DNA of 64,000 nt from Actinomycetes bacterium (GTDB taxonomy: Bacteria; Actinomycetota; Aquicultoria; UBA3085; Oleimmundimicrobiaceae). A program made the translations under genes and the position numbers. Below are positions 40,692 to 50,157 of the stretch, one piece after another (positions within the stretch are counted from its first letter, which is position 1; every line of letters begins with the position of its first letter). The DNA is taken from contig JAUWKI010000001.1 of assembly GCA_030614255.1 (NCBI GenBank), positions 1,603-65,602 of the forward strand, written 5' to 3'. The notes beneath the pieces were generated by a model. It saw nothing but the letters and a program-made list of their open reading frames with translations. It made no database searches and was not told the DNA's origin.

Positions 40692-41483
40692 TTGAGTGTA
40701 AAAGTAGGCATTATAGGCGGAAGCGGCGTATACGAAATTAAAGAATTACATCAAAAGAGAGAAGAAAAAATTGAGACTCCTTACGGAGAAGTTTTTGTTT
40801 CTAATGCTAAATGGAACGGAAAGGATATAGTTTTTCTACCACGACATGGCAAGAATCACAAAGTTGCTCCCCATAAAATAAATTATAGAGGAAATATTTA
40901 TGCGCTTAAATACTGTGGCGTGGAAAGAATCTTATCAACCTCTGCCTCTGGAAGCTTAAATCAACGAATGAAACCGGGGGAACTTGTCTTTATCGATCAA
41001 TTTATTGATTTTACCAAGAATAGACCATCTACCTTTTTCGACAACGATGAGATTTTTCACGTCGATATGAGCGAACCTTACTGCTCTGAATTGCACAATC
41101 TTCTTGTTTCGACTGCTAACAAACTGGATTTAAAATTTCATGCAAAAGGAACATATTTATGCACGGAGGGACCGAGATTTGAAACTTCAGCCGAAATAAG
41201 AGCCTTCGGAATAATGGGAGCGGATATTGTTGGCATGACCAATGTTCCAGAAGTTGTCCTCGCAAGAGAGGCGGAAATTTGCTATGCAAGCGTTGTAGTT
41301 GTAACCAATATGGCTGCCGGAGTCAAACAAGATATGCTTACGTCAGGAGAGGTGTCTCAAAAAATGCAGGAGATGTCCCAAAAAGTTACCGAGCTTATTT
41401 TAGATGTTATAGAAGAAATTCCGGCGAGAAAAGATTGTGCCTGTCTCAATGCTTTGAAAGATTCTAAAATGGAACTCCTTTAA
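40692..41483 (+). CDS. mtnP: 5'-methylthioadenosine / purine nucleoside phosphorylase (PNP family 2)
   Basis: 263 aa; VGIIGGSG N-terminus and TEGPRFET...GADIVGMT PNP/MTAP motifs. Confidence 0.8.
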   Translation: MSVKVGIIGGSGVYEIKELHQKREEKIETPYGEVFVSNAKWNGKDIVFLPRHGKNHKVAPHKINYRGNIYALKYCGVERILSTSASGSLNQRMKPGELVFIDQFIDFTKNRPSTFFDNDEIFHVDMSEPYCSELHNLLVSTANKLDLKFHAKGTYLCTEGPRFETSAEIRAFGIMGADIVGMTNVPEVVLAREAEICYASVVVVTNMAAGVKQDMLTSGEVSQKMQEMSQKVTELILDVIEEIPARKDCACLNALKDSKMELL

Positions 41484-42789
41484 GTTTTCGTGAGAATATT
41501 CGGGCTTCGTTTAATATCTCTTCCTCATCACAGATTAACAAACAGCCGTTCTCAACAACTACGTTTCCATCGATAATGACCGTGTCGACATCCGAGCTCT
41601 TGGCTGAATAGACGAGCTGTGAGTGTGCATCGTATAAGGGGATTAAATGGGGCTTATCCATGTCGAGCAGCACAATATCAGCTTTTTTGTTTACCTCAAG
41701 CGAGCCTATCTCTTGGTCGAGCCCAAAAGCTTTGGCGCCTCCTCGTGTTGCCATCCATAGGGCTTCTTTCGCATCAATTACGGTCGGGTCTTTTTTTGCG
41801 ATTTTATGAAGCATTGCTGCTGTTTGTACTTCACCGAACATGTCTAAATCATTATTGCTCGCTGCTCCATCGGTTCCTAATCCAACATTTATTCCCGCTT
41901 TTAAAAGTTCGGGAACAGGGCAAATTCCTGTAGCAAGTTTCATATTGCTTTGAGGGTTGTGGATGACTCCTGTTTTGGTTTTTTTTAATATTTCAACATC
42001 TTCGTTTGAAATCCAATTAACATGAGCAGCGGTGGTTCTTTCTGAGAGAACCGTCAACTCGTTTAGGTAAGCTACAGAACTCATTCCTTTTTCTGAAATT
42101 ATTTTTTCGTTTTCCCATTTTTCTTCAGAAAGATGAATTTGTAGAGGGATATTATATTCCTTCGACATCTCGGCAGCTTGTTTTAGAAGCTTAGCAGAAC
42201 ATGTATAAGGGGAGTGTGGCATGACCGCTGGAATAAAGCGATCATGCCCTTTTAAGCTCTCAATTAATTTCCGTGCGTTTTTTAGCCCTTCTTCGGAAGA
42301 TCTGCTAACGGGCGTCGGAAAATCGAGGAGAGGTACGCCGAGGATGGCTTTTATTTTCATCTCTTCCAAAGACTCGACGGCGACACCGGGCAAAAAATAC
42401 ATATCGCAAAAGGTTGTAGTTCCGCTTTTTAACATTTCCAATGCTGCCAGTTTAACTGCTTTTCTAATGAATTCGGCATTCACGTATTGCGCCTCAGCGG
42501 GCCAGATGTGATTTTCTAACCATTCTTTTAACGGTAGGTCATCGGCAAGTCCTCTAAAATAAACCATTGCAGCATGTGTATGTGCATTAATTAGCCCCGG
42601 AATGGCCATCTTATTTTTGGCAGAGATTGTTCTCTTAGCCTTATAAGATTGGGCTAAATTTTCAATTTTATCTAGGGCAACGATTTTTCCATTGTTTATC
42701 GCAATACCCGCTTTTTCGATTACCGAATGATTGTCGTCGACAGTAACTGCTAAACACTCTGAAATTAGCAAGTCGATATGCTCTGGCAT
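41464..42789 (-). CDS. mtaD: MTA/SAH (5'-deoxyadenosine) deaminase, amidohydrolase superfamily
   Basis: 441 aa; metal-binding INAHTHAAMV; amidohydrolase fold (TM0936/MtaD/DadD-like). Confidence 0.8.
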   Translation of the reverse strand: MPEHIDLLISECLAVTVDDNHSVIEKAGIAINNGKIVALDKIENLAQSYKAKRTISAKNKMAIPGLINAHTHAAMVYFRGLADDLPLKEWLENHIWPAEAQYVNAEFIRKAVKLAALEMLKSGTTTFCDMYFLPGVAVESLEEMKIKAILGVPLLDFPTPVSRSSEEGLKNARKLIESLKGHDRFIPAVMPHSPYTCSAKLLKQAAEMSKEYNIPLQIHLSEEKWENEKIISEKGMSSVAYLNELTVLSERTTAAHVNWISNEDVEILKKTKTGVIHNPQSNMKLATGICPVPELLKAGINVGLGTDGAASNNDLDMFGEVQTAAMLHKIAKKDPTVIDAKEALWMATRGGAKAFGLDQEIGSLEVNKKADIVLLDMDKPHLIPLYDAHSQLVYSAKSSDVDTVIIDGNVVVENGCLLICDEEEILNEARIFSRKLKGVPF

Positions 42790-42832
42790 TTTAATCCTCC
42801 ATTAAAGTAGTTTAAAAATAGATAAAAAGTTC

Positions 42833-43753
42833 TTATAAAACCTCGAGACTTACATAACAAAGACCTCTGCTTGGGGGATAAATTTTTGAGAAAGCCGTCT
42901 TTGACAAGTCGATGACTCTACCCTGGACGTATGGGCCTCTATCGATAATTTTCACGGTTACTTGTTTGCCGTTTAAAAGATTTGTGACCCTTACTCTCGT
43001 GCCCTTAGGAAGAGTTTTATGAGCGGCTGTTAAACCCGGAATATCATACCAACTCGCCCAACCATTTTCAAAAATTTTTGTAGAATCTGTGGAGTTTTTT
43101 CGTGAAGGGGCGTTTATAGAAATTTCGTTATCACTCGTTAAATTTGAAAGAGCAAGTTCTTGTTTGGTCAGTCTCTTCTCTAACTCATCTTTTAAATCTT
43201 CAATTTGAGCTACTAGTTTTTCTTGTTGTTCATATTTTTCTTCTAGCTTGTCTAATTGCATTAGAATTTTCGACTTGGAGATCTGAAGCTCATTTATCAT
43301 CTTAGCATCTTTTTTTGAAATCTTCGTTAAAACGTTAAGCGTGAAAAAGAAGTTGTGAATGTCGTGACTATCAAGTAGAATTATCGCCGGTAAAAATATA
43401 TTTTGCTTGTAAAGCATCACGGCTCTTGCGTTTAATCTCTGCACCGATTTACTTAGATTGTTTTCGTCATTTTTAAGAAGGTTTTTGGTCTTAAGAATTT
43501 CACTCTCTGATTCTTGCAAATTCAAAGTTGCTTCATGATATTTTTTTATAGTTCTATTAAGCTCGCCCTCTATTTTTTCTACATCGGACTTTACTTTTAG
43601 AATTTCTGAACTTTGGGTTGCTGAAATTGATATTGGGGTCAAACTTAAGGTAAAGATTGAAATGGTTATAACAGAGAGCGTTTTAATAAAAAAACTCTTT
43701 GAGGAAACCAGCTTCAAATTAGTCTCACTCCTCAAACAATCAGGAAGATACAA
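42833..43753 (-). CDS. RlpA-like double-psi beta-barrel protein with N-terminal membrane anchor and coiled coil
   Basis: C-terminal GWASWYD...TRVRVTNLLNGKQVTVKIIDRGPY...IDLSKTAF DPBB motif; central heptad-rich region. Confidence 0.65.
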   Translation of the reverse strand: MYLPDCLRSETNLKLVSSKSFFIKTLSVITISIFTLSLTPISISATQSSEILKVKSDVEKIEGELNRTIKKYHEATLNLQESESEILKTKNLLKNDENNLSKSVQRLNARAVMLYKQNIFLPAIILLDSHDIHNFFFTLNVLTKISKKDAKMINELQISKSKILMQLDKLEEKYEQQEKLVAQIEDLKDELEKRLTKQELALSNLTSDNEISINAPSRKNSTDSTKIFENGWASWYDIPGLTAAHKTLPKGTRVRVTNLLNGKQVTVKIIDRGPYVQGRVIDLSKTAFSKIYPPSRGLCYVSLEVL

Positions 43754-43851
43754 ATTTGAGAAAAATTATAGCATAGATGATAAAATTTGGAAGGATTGTG
43801 AGTTAGCATATGACTAAAGAAATTTTGCTCAGGATTGTATAGAGGATTAAA

Positions 43852-46296
43852 TTGTCTAAGAAAATTGCTCAAGTAATCATCGACATGCCAGTTCATAATA
43901 TAGATTATCCTTTTGAGTATATGGTGCCTCCGAACATTGAGGAAAATATCGAGATTGGTTCCTCTGTGTTGGTTACTTTCGGATCGCGATTACAGTTGGG
44001 CTATGTCGTCGGTTTTCTTGAAGAATCGAGCGTGAAATCCTTAAACCCGATTCTCGACTTGATAGACGAGGAGCCTATCTTCGATAAAGACATGATGAAT
44101 TTGTGTCGCTGGGTTGCCAAGCATTACTTATCAACTCTGAGCGAATCCTTAAAACTTGCTTTTCCGCCAGGAAGAGCAAGGCGCCTAAGGCAAATGATAA
44201 TTTTACAGGACAAAGAAGAAGAGTCGCTTACACTGCGTCAGGGGGAGCTTGTAAATATCCTTAAAAAAATGGGAGGGGAATCCTCTCTTGATAATATCCA
44301 AAAACATTACTCGGCTGGGTTATCAAATCTTATTGGAACTCTTGAAAAAAAGGGTCTTTTAAAGAGAAAATATGTGATTTCTAAGCCGCGAATAAATAGA
44401 AAAACGAAAGAATGCGCTGCCTTGAACCCTTCAATAGACAACAGAGAGGATCTGATAACTTCCTTAGCCACCAAAGCTCCCAAGCAAAAAAGGATAGTTT
44501 TACTTCTTTCGGAAGAAAAAACAGTTTCTGTACGCCGACTACTTTCAAACACCGATAGTTCACGTCAATCGCTGAACGCTCTTGTGAAAAAAGGAATAGT
44601 GGTGCTTAACGAAGAGCCAATGCTTAGAGAGCCCGATCTCTTTTATCCTGAAAAAATTCCTCTTTCCATTAAATTGACCGATGAGCAGAGCAAGGTTCTT
44701 AAATCGATAAAAGATGCTATAGACAGCGAAACGCATCGTGTCCAGCTTTTACAGGGGGTAGCTGGCAGCGGGAAGACGGAAATTTACTTACAAGCCATAG
44801 CTAAGATTTTGAACAAAAATAAAACCGCTATAGTTCTTGTACCTGAAATTGCTTTGACACCGCAAACGGTGCACAGATTTCGCTCCCGCTTTGGTGAAAC
44901 CGTTGCGGTACTTCATAGTGGTCTTGGACTTGGCGAGCGGTTTGATCAATGGGAGCGAATCAAACGGGGTGAATGCAAGGTTGTGGTCGGTACGCGATCA
45001 GCTATTTTTGCTCCCCTAAAAAATCTAGGACTCATCGCAATAGATGAAGAGCATGAGGTTACATACAAGCAAAATTGTAATCCTCGTTACCATGCGAGAG
45101 ATGTTGCCAAAAAAAGAGCGGAATCAAACGATGCTCTGTTAATTCTTGGGAGTGCCACACCAAGCATTGAAAGCAGATACGAAGCAAAACGGGGTAACTA
45201 TGGTCTCCTTAAACTTACCAAAAGAGTTAAAGATAGAAAATTCCCTGAAGTTGAGTTAATCGACATGAGAGAAGAGGGCTCAAAAGGAAGTTCTGGAATA
45301 TTCAGCACGGCACTTCTCAACGAAATGGAAGAGTGTGTTTGTTCTAATAAAAAAATGCTGCTTTTTTTAAACAGGCGAGGTTATGCCGGTTTTATTCTAT
45401 GTAGAGATTGCGGTTTTGTCTTAAAATGCAAACGTTGTGATATCTCTTTGGTTTATCATCTTAATGACAAGACGATGCGTTGTCACCATTGTGGCTATAC
45501 TATCTGTTCTCCAAAATTGTGTCCAAATTGTAAAGGGTATCGGATAGGATACTTTGGAATTGGCACACAACGCGTTGAAAGTGAAATTAAAAAGATGTTT
45601 CCTGATATTTCGTTGATACGAATGGATGCGGACACGACAATGAAAAGGGATTCTCATCGAAGAAAGCTTATCGCTTTCAAAAACTTAGATGTTGGAATAC
45701 TTTTGGGGACTCAGATGATTGCGAAAGGGCTGGACTTTCCCGACGTGGCACTAGTTGGTGTTATAAATGCTGACACGGCCTTACATTTACCTGACTTCAG
45801 GGCGAGTGAGCGAACCTTTCAATTGTTAATGCAATTGAGTGGCAGGGCAGGTAGAGGAGGATTTCCTGGCAAGGCAATTATACAAAGTTACTGTCCAGAC
45901 TCATATGCAATTTCTGCGATAAAGAAGTACACATATGATGAATTTTTTGAAGAAGAAATAAAGATAAGAGAAGAGCTAGACTACCCTCCGTTCACCCAGC
46001 TAATTAATATTTTATTCTCGGGCAAAGATGAAAAAAAAGTAATAGGAGAGGCCTACTCGTTCAGTAATTTTTTCAATAAAGTCGATGGCAAAAGATGGTT
46101 AAAAAGTTTTCTTGGGCCGGCACCGGCACCGCTTTCAAGAATCAAAAATAAATACAGGTGGCATATGATTTTAAAAACCACAGATCTGATTGAGGCTACA
46201 AACTTCTTGAGGGAAAATTTAAAAGATTTGATTTCGAAGAAATATTCAAAAGATGTTACTATATCGATAGATGTAAATCCGGCTTGGACACTATAA
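43852..46296 (+). CDS. priA: primosomal protein N' PriA
   Basis: Walker A GVAGSGKTE; IAIDEEHE DEEH box; Cys-rich zinc region CRDCGFVLKCKRCD...CHHCGY...CPNC. Confidence 0.9.
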   Translation: MSKKIAQVIIDMPVHNIDYPFEYMVPPNIEENIEIGSSVLVTFGSRLQLGYVVGFLEESSVKSLNPILDLIDEEPIFDKDMMNLCRWVAKHYLSTLSESLKLAFPPGRARRLRQMIILQDKEEESLTLRQGELVNILKKMGGESSLDNIQKHYSAGLSNLIGTLEKKGLLKRKYVISKPRINRKTKECAALNPSIDNREDLITSLATKAPKQKRIVLLLSEEKTVSVRRLLSNTDSSRQSLNALVKKGIVVLNEEPMLREPDLFYPEKIPLSIKLTDEQSKVLKSIKDAIDSETHRVQLLQGVAGSGKTEIYLQAIAKILNKNKTAIVLVPEIALTPQTVHRFRSRFGETVAVLHSGLGLGERFDQWERIKRGECKVVVGTRSAIFAPLKNLGLIAIDEEHEVTYKQNCNPRYHARDVAKKRAESNDALLILGSATPSIESRYEAKRGNYGLLKLTKRVKDRKFPEVELIDMREEGSKGSSGIFSTALLNEMEECVCSNKKMLLFLNRRGYAGFILCRDCGFVLKCKRCDISLVYHLNDKTMRCHHCGYTICSPKLCPNCKGYRIGYFGIGTQRVESEIKKMFPDISLIRMDADTTMKRDSHRRKLIAFKNLDVGILLGTQMIAKGLDFPDVALVGVINADTALHLPDFRASERTFQLLMQLSGRAGRGGFPGKAIIQSYCPDSYAISAIKKYTYDEFFEEEIKIREELDYPPFTQLINILFSGKDEKKVIGEAYSFSNFFNKVDGKRWLKSFLGPAPAPLSRIKNKYRWHMILKTTDLIEATNFLRENLKDLISKKYSKDVTISIDVNPAWTL

Positions 46297-46395
46297 TTTA
46301 TGAAAAGTTAAAAGAAAAAAATATAAATTATCGTCAAAAAACTTAAGGATGCGAACTCGATTTCAGAGCACTTTTAATAATGGAGGATAATTGCG

Positions 46396-46884
46396 GTGAT
46401 CTTAACCATTAGGAAATTTGGCGATCCTGTTCTCAAGGAAAAATGTAATCGAATAAACAACTTGGATTGCAATTTTGCTGGTCTTGTAAAAAATTTAGCG
46501 GATACAATGTATAACGCACCCGGCATTGGACTTGCTGCTTCCCAGGTGGGGATATTAGAACGATTATTCATTTGCGATTTAGGTGACGGGCTACAAGTTT
46601 ATGTAAATGCAAAAATTGTTGCTACAGAAGGCGAGGACATGAACGAAGAGGGGTGTTTAAGCATTCCCAATATTAGGGTTCCCGTGAAGCGAGCTAAAAA
46701 GGTAAAAATCACAGCTTTAAACGCGAATGGTAAGAAAGTAACATTTGTTGCTGAAGATCTATTAGCGCATGTTATTCAACATGAGGTAGATCATTTAAAC
46801 GGGGTGCTCGTTTTGGATAAAACTGACACGGAGAATAGAAGAAGAGCCCTAGAGGAACTTAGAGAGCATGTCCAAATAGATTAG
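46396..46884 (+). CDS. def: peptide deformylase
   Basis: GIGLAASQVG, EGCLS and HEVDHLNG motifs. Confidence 0.9.
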   Translation: MILTIRKFGDPVLKEKCNRINNLDCNFAGLVKNLADTMYNAPGIGLAASQVGILERLFICDLGDGLQVYVNAKIVATEGEDMNEEGCLSIPNIRVPVKRAKKVKITALNANGKKVTFVAEDLLAHVIQHEVDHLNGVLVLDKTDTENRRRALEELREHVQID

Positions 46885-46896
46885 CTGGAGGAAAGA

Positions 46897-47829
46897 TTGA
46901 GAATTGTATTTATGGGAACCCCGCAGTTTGCACTACCATCGCTCAACGCTTTATTCTACTCTGAGCATGAAATTATTGCGGTTGTAACTCAACCCGATAG
47001 ACCAAAAGGAAGACATTTAAACACAACTTTCTCGCCTATAAAAGAGATGGCGCTCAGTTATAAAATTCCAGTTTATCAGCCAAGGACTCCAAATGATGAA
47101 GATTTCAAAAAAAAGGTAATTGAACTTGTTCCTGACGTAATTGTCGTGGTTGCTTTTGGGCAGCTAATCCCTTCTTGGATGCTTAATTTACCTAGATATG
47201 GTTGCGTAAATGTTCACGCATCTCTTTTGCCAAAGTATCGTGGTGCGGCTCCGATTCAAAGAGCTATTATGGATGGTTGCATTAAGACAGGAGTAACAAC
47301 AATGCTAATGGATATAGGTCTTGACACCGGCGATATATTGTTACAAACGAAAGTGTCTGTTTCCGACGAAGAAACGGTGGGTGAGCTTTACGATAAACTT
47401 GCCAACGTAAGTCCTGGTTTGCTTCTAAAGACACTTAAAGGTCTAGGGCTTGGCACAATTACTCCAACAAAACAAAACGACGCTGAGGCGAGCTTTGCCG
47501 CGAAAATTGAAAAGAAGGATATCAAGATAGATTGGAGTAACCCCGTCGAAAAAATTAGAAATATTATTCGTGCCTTAAGTCCTAAACCCGGAGCTTATTC
47601 TACCATTAATGGTAGACGTTTGAAGATATTTAAAGCTAAAGAAATTTCAAAAAATATCTTACTTCCTCCAGGAACGGTTGATAAAGTAAAAAAAAGTCTC
47701 GGTTTTACAGTGAGCTGTTTGGATGGCGCTCTCTTGATTCTTCAAGTTCAACCTGAAGGCAAAATGATTATGACGGCTGATGAGTTTTGTAGAGGATATA
47801 ACCTCAGAGAGGGGGACAAATTTGAATAA
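46897..47829 (+). CDS. fmt: methionyl-tRNA formyltransferase
   Basis: RIVFMGTPQFA N-terminus; NVHASLLPKYRGAAPI SLLP motif. Confidence 0.9.
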   Translation: MRIVFMGTPQFALPSLNALFYSEHEIIAVVTQPDRPKGRHLNTTFSPIKEMALSYKIPVYQPRTPNDEDFKKKVIELVPDVIVVVAFGQLIPSWMLNLPRYGCVNVHASLLPKYRGAAPIQRAIMDGCIKTGVTTMLMDIGLDTGDILLQTKVSVSDEETVGELYDKLANVSPGLLLKTLKGLGLGTITPTKQNDAEASFAAKIEKKDIKIDWSNPVEKIRNIIRALSPKPGAYSTINGRRLKIFKAKEISKNILLPPGTVDKVKKSLGFTVSCLDGALLILQVQPEGKMIMTADEFCRGYNLREGDKFE

Positions 47830-49169
47830 TGGCAACGTCTGCGAGGGAACTAGCTTTAAATGTTATCCATGATATTCATAACGGCAAAGATTTTGTAAAT
47901 GTTCTTTTGCCAAAGGCGTTAAAAAAGAGTGGGCTATCACGTCTTGATAGGGCTCTTGCAACCGAACTTGTATACGGCGTATTAAGAATGGAGGGAACTA
48001 TCGATTGGGTTTTATCTCAATTCTCCTCCAGAAAAATTGATAAAATTTCTCCTAAGGCCCTCGATATTTTGCGACTTGGAGTCTATCAACTTCTTTACCT
48101 CGACAAAATTCCTCCCAGGGCTGCTGTAGACGAGTCCGTACAGCTTGCTAAAGAAAATTTTCATCAAGGAATAGCGAATTTTGTAAATGGCATTCTCCGC
48201 GAAATCGATCGAAGCAGGGACAAAATAGTTTACCCCAAAAAAGAAGAAGATTTAATCGCTTATATTTCATTGAAACATTCTCATCCCGAATGGCTCGTTA
48301 AGAAATGGATTGACGAAATAGGGGCTAAAGAAACAGAAAAACTTTGCGCGGCCAACAATGTGCGCCCACAGTTAAAATTAAGAGCAAATCTTTTAAAGAT
48401 TACGCCCGAAGAATTGGCAGGTACGCTAAGGAGAAGAGGGGTTATAACTACACCGAGTAAATTATTACCCGAGGGCCTAGTGGTTACCGAAGGAGCAGGT
48501 TTAGCCGAATTAAAGGAATTCAAAGAAGGTTTTTTCTTCATTCAAGACGAGAGTTCCATGCTCGTCTCCCATATTTTAAATCCCCAGGAAGGTGAAACTG
48601 TTCTTGATGTATGTGCTGCTCCTGGTGGAAAAACAACTCACATGGCTGAAATTATGAAGAATAAAGGGTCGATTATCGCCGCTGATATTAATCCGTTGCG
48701 TTTAAATCTTCTTAAACAATCTTGTGAAAGAATGGGCAATAAAATTATCTCTATTATCCAAGTCGATGCGTTAAAACCGAACAAGGTATTACGCAAACCC
48801 GTGGATAAAGTTTTAATCGATGCTCCATGCTCTGGTTTGGGAGTGTTAGCACGACGACCGGATGCAAGACGGAAAAAGACTCTTCGCCAAATCGAAGAAC
48901 TTGCCAATTTACAGGGGGAGCTAATCGAGTCTGTCTCGTATCTTGTAAAACCCGGGGGAAGTCTCGTTTATTCAGTATGTACCATTTCAAAAAAAGAGAC
49001 ACTCGGTGTGATCGATGCATTTCTCAATAAACACCCCGAATTTAAACTTGACGACATAAACGGTTATCTTCCGTTGGAATTAAGGACGAATAATAAATGG
49101 ATACAGCTCTGGCCTCACAAACATAGAACAGACGGGATGTTTATTGCAAGATTAATTCGATTAAAATAG
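47829..49169 (+). CDS. rsmB: 16S rRNA m5C967 methyltransferase RsmB (Sun)
   Basis: NusB-like N-terminus; DVCAAPGGKT SAM loop; DAPCSG; catalytic Cys in YSVCTI. Confidence 0.85.
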   Translation: MATSARELALNVIHDIHNGKDFVNVLLPKALKKSGLSRLDRALATELVYGVLRMEGTIDWVLSQFSSRKIDKISPKALDILRLGVYQLLYLDKIPPRAAVDESVQLAKENFHQGIANFVNGILREIDRSRDKIVYPKKEEDLIAYISLKHSHPEWLVKKWIDEIGAKETEKLCAANNVRPQLKLRANLLKITPEELAGTLRRRGVITTPSKLLPEGLVVTEGAGLAELKEFKEGFFFIQDESSMLVSHILNPQEGETVLDVCAAPGGKTTHMAEIMKNKGSIIAADINPLRLNLLKQSCERMGNKIISIIQVDALKPNKVLRKPVDKVLIDAPCSGLGVLARRPDARRKKTLRQIEELANLQGELIESVSYLVKPGGSLVYSVCTISKKETLGVIDAFLNKHPEFKLDDINGYLPLELRTNNKWIQLWPHKHRTDGMFIARLIRLK

Positions 49170-49242
49170 TCAAGGTTACTTCTAACCAACATTGAAGATA
49201 GCCCTTTGCGATGTTACAATTTAAACACTTTTTTAGAAAGGG

Positions 49243-49914
49243 ATGATAATGAGAAAAATTAAGATTGCTCCGTCGATATTATCTGCTAATTTTGCAAAAT
49301 TAGGAGATGAAGTAAGACTCGCCGAAGAGGGTGGAGCCGACTATATCCACGTTGATGTGATGGACGGTCACTTTGTCCCTAATATTACAATTGGACCACA
49401 AGTTGTAAAGTTTTTAAGGGAGGAGACTTCGGTTCCGCTGGATGTTCACCTGATGATAGAAAATCCAGAATTTTTCATAGATGATTTTATCTCTGCGGGA
49501 AGCAGTCTGCTATCAGTACACATGGAGACATGTACTCATCTTCATCGAGTGGTTCAGAAGATAAAATCGTTCCCTGAGGTAAAGGTGGGTGTTGCTTTAA
49601 ATCCGGCTACTGCACTTACAAACTTAGTTAACGTCTTAGACGAGATTGATTTTGTTCTAATTATGTCAGTAAATCCGGGTTTTGGCGGCCAAAAATTCAT
49701 TCCTCAAACGATTGATAAAATTAATTTTTTAAAAAATATTATAAACGAGAGAAATTTATCGGTGGAGATTGAAGTTGATGGTGGAGTTAACGTTGGCAAC
49801 GCAAAAGAGTTGTTTAAGGCGGGTGCGGATATACTTGTAGCCGGCTCATCAATTTTTTCTAAGGACGATATAAAAAAAGCTATCGTAGATTTGCGTAATG
49901 CAACATTTGTCTAG
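49243..49914 (+). CDS. rpe: ribulose-phosphate 3-epimerase
   Basis: IAPSILSANF N-terminus; DVMDGHFVPN; TIM-barrel Rpe pattern. Confidence 0.9.
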   Translation: MIMRKIKIAPSILSANFAKLGDEVRLAEEGGADYIHVDVMDGHFVPNITIGPQVVKFLREETSVPLDVHLMIENPEFFIDDFISAGSSLLSVHMETCTHLHRVVQKIKSFPEVKVGVALNPATALTNLVNVLDEIDFVLIMSVNPGFGGQKFIPQTIDKINFLKNIINERNLSVEIEVDGGVNVGNAKELFKAGADILVAGSSIFSKDDIKKAIVDLRNATFV

Positions 49915-49964
49915 TTGCATTATATATCTTTATCTGGTAATATTCGATTAATTAAATAGATTTA

Positions 49965-49970
49965 TATAAT
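49965..49970 (+). promoter_or_regulatory. putative -10 box (TATAAT) of the rib operon promoter
   Basis: Perfect tataat immediately upstream of the FMN riboswitch 5' end; weak -35. Confidence 0.3.
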
Positions 49971-50108
49971 CTTCGAGAAAAGGTGACCCTGAATATTTAT
50001 TTTGGGAATTCCTGACCGGCGGTAAAGCCCGCTAACTTTGCAGAGTTTCTGTGGAGCCGATTCGGTGAAATTCCGAAGCCGACAGTAAAGTCTGGATGGG
50101 AGAAGAGT
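49971..50108 (+). promoter_or_regulatory. FMN riboswitch (RFN element)
   Basis: cttcgagaaaaggtgaccctgaa ... ttcctgaccggcggtaaagcccgc ... gaagccgacagtaaagtctggatgggagaag matches the RFN consensus, including the conserved 3' segment; upstream of ribD. Confidence 0.85.
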
Positions 50109-50114
50109 AATTAA

Positions 50115-50147
50115 ACCAAGGACTCTTTTCCCTTGGTTTTTTATTTT
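50115..50147 (+). terminator. FMN-riboswitch terminator/attenuator hairpin
   Basis: aaccaagg actcttttc ccttggtt followed by ttttatttt. Confidence 0.65.
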
Positions 50148-50157
50148 GGGTGAAGCG

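Noticed and set aside
41279-41933. Plus-strand ORFs 41279..41467 and 41619..41933 as independent genes
   Set aside because: The first is an alternative frame inside mtnP. The second lies antisense within the deaminase gene. Neither has coding features.
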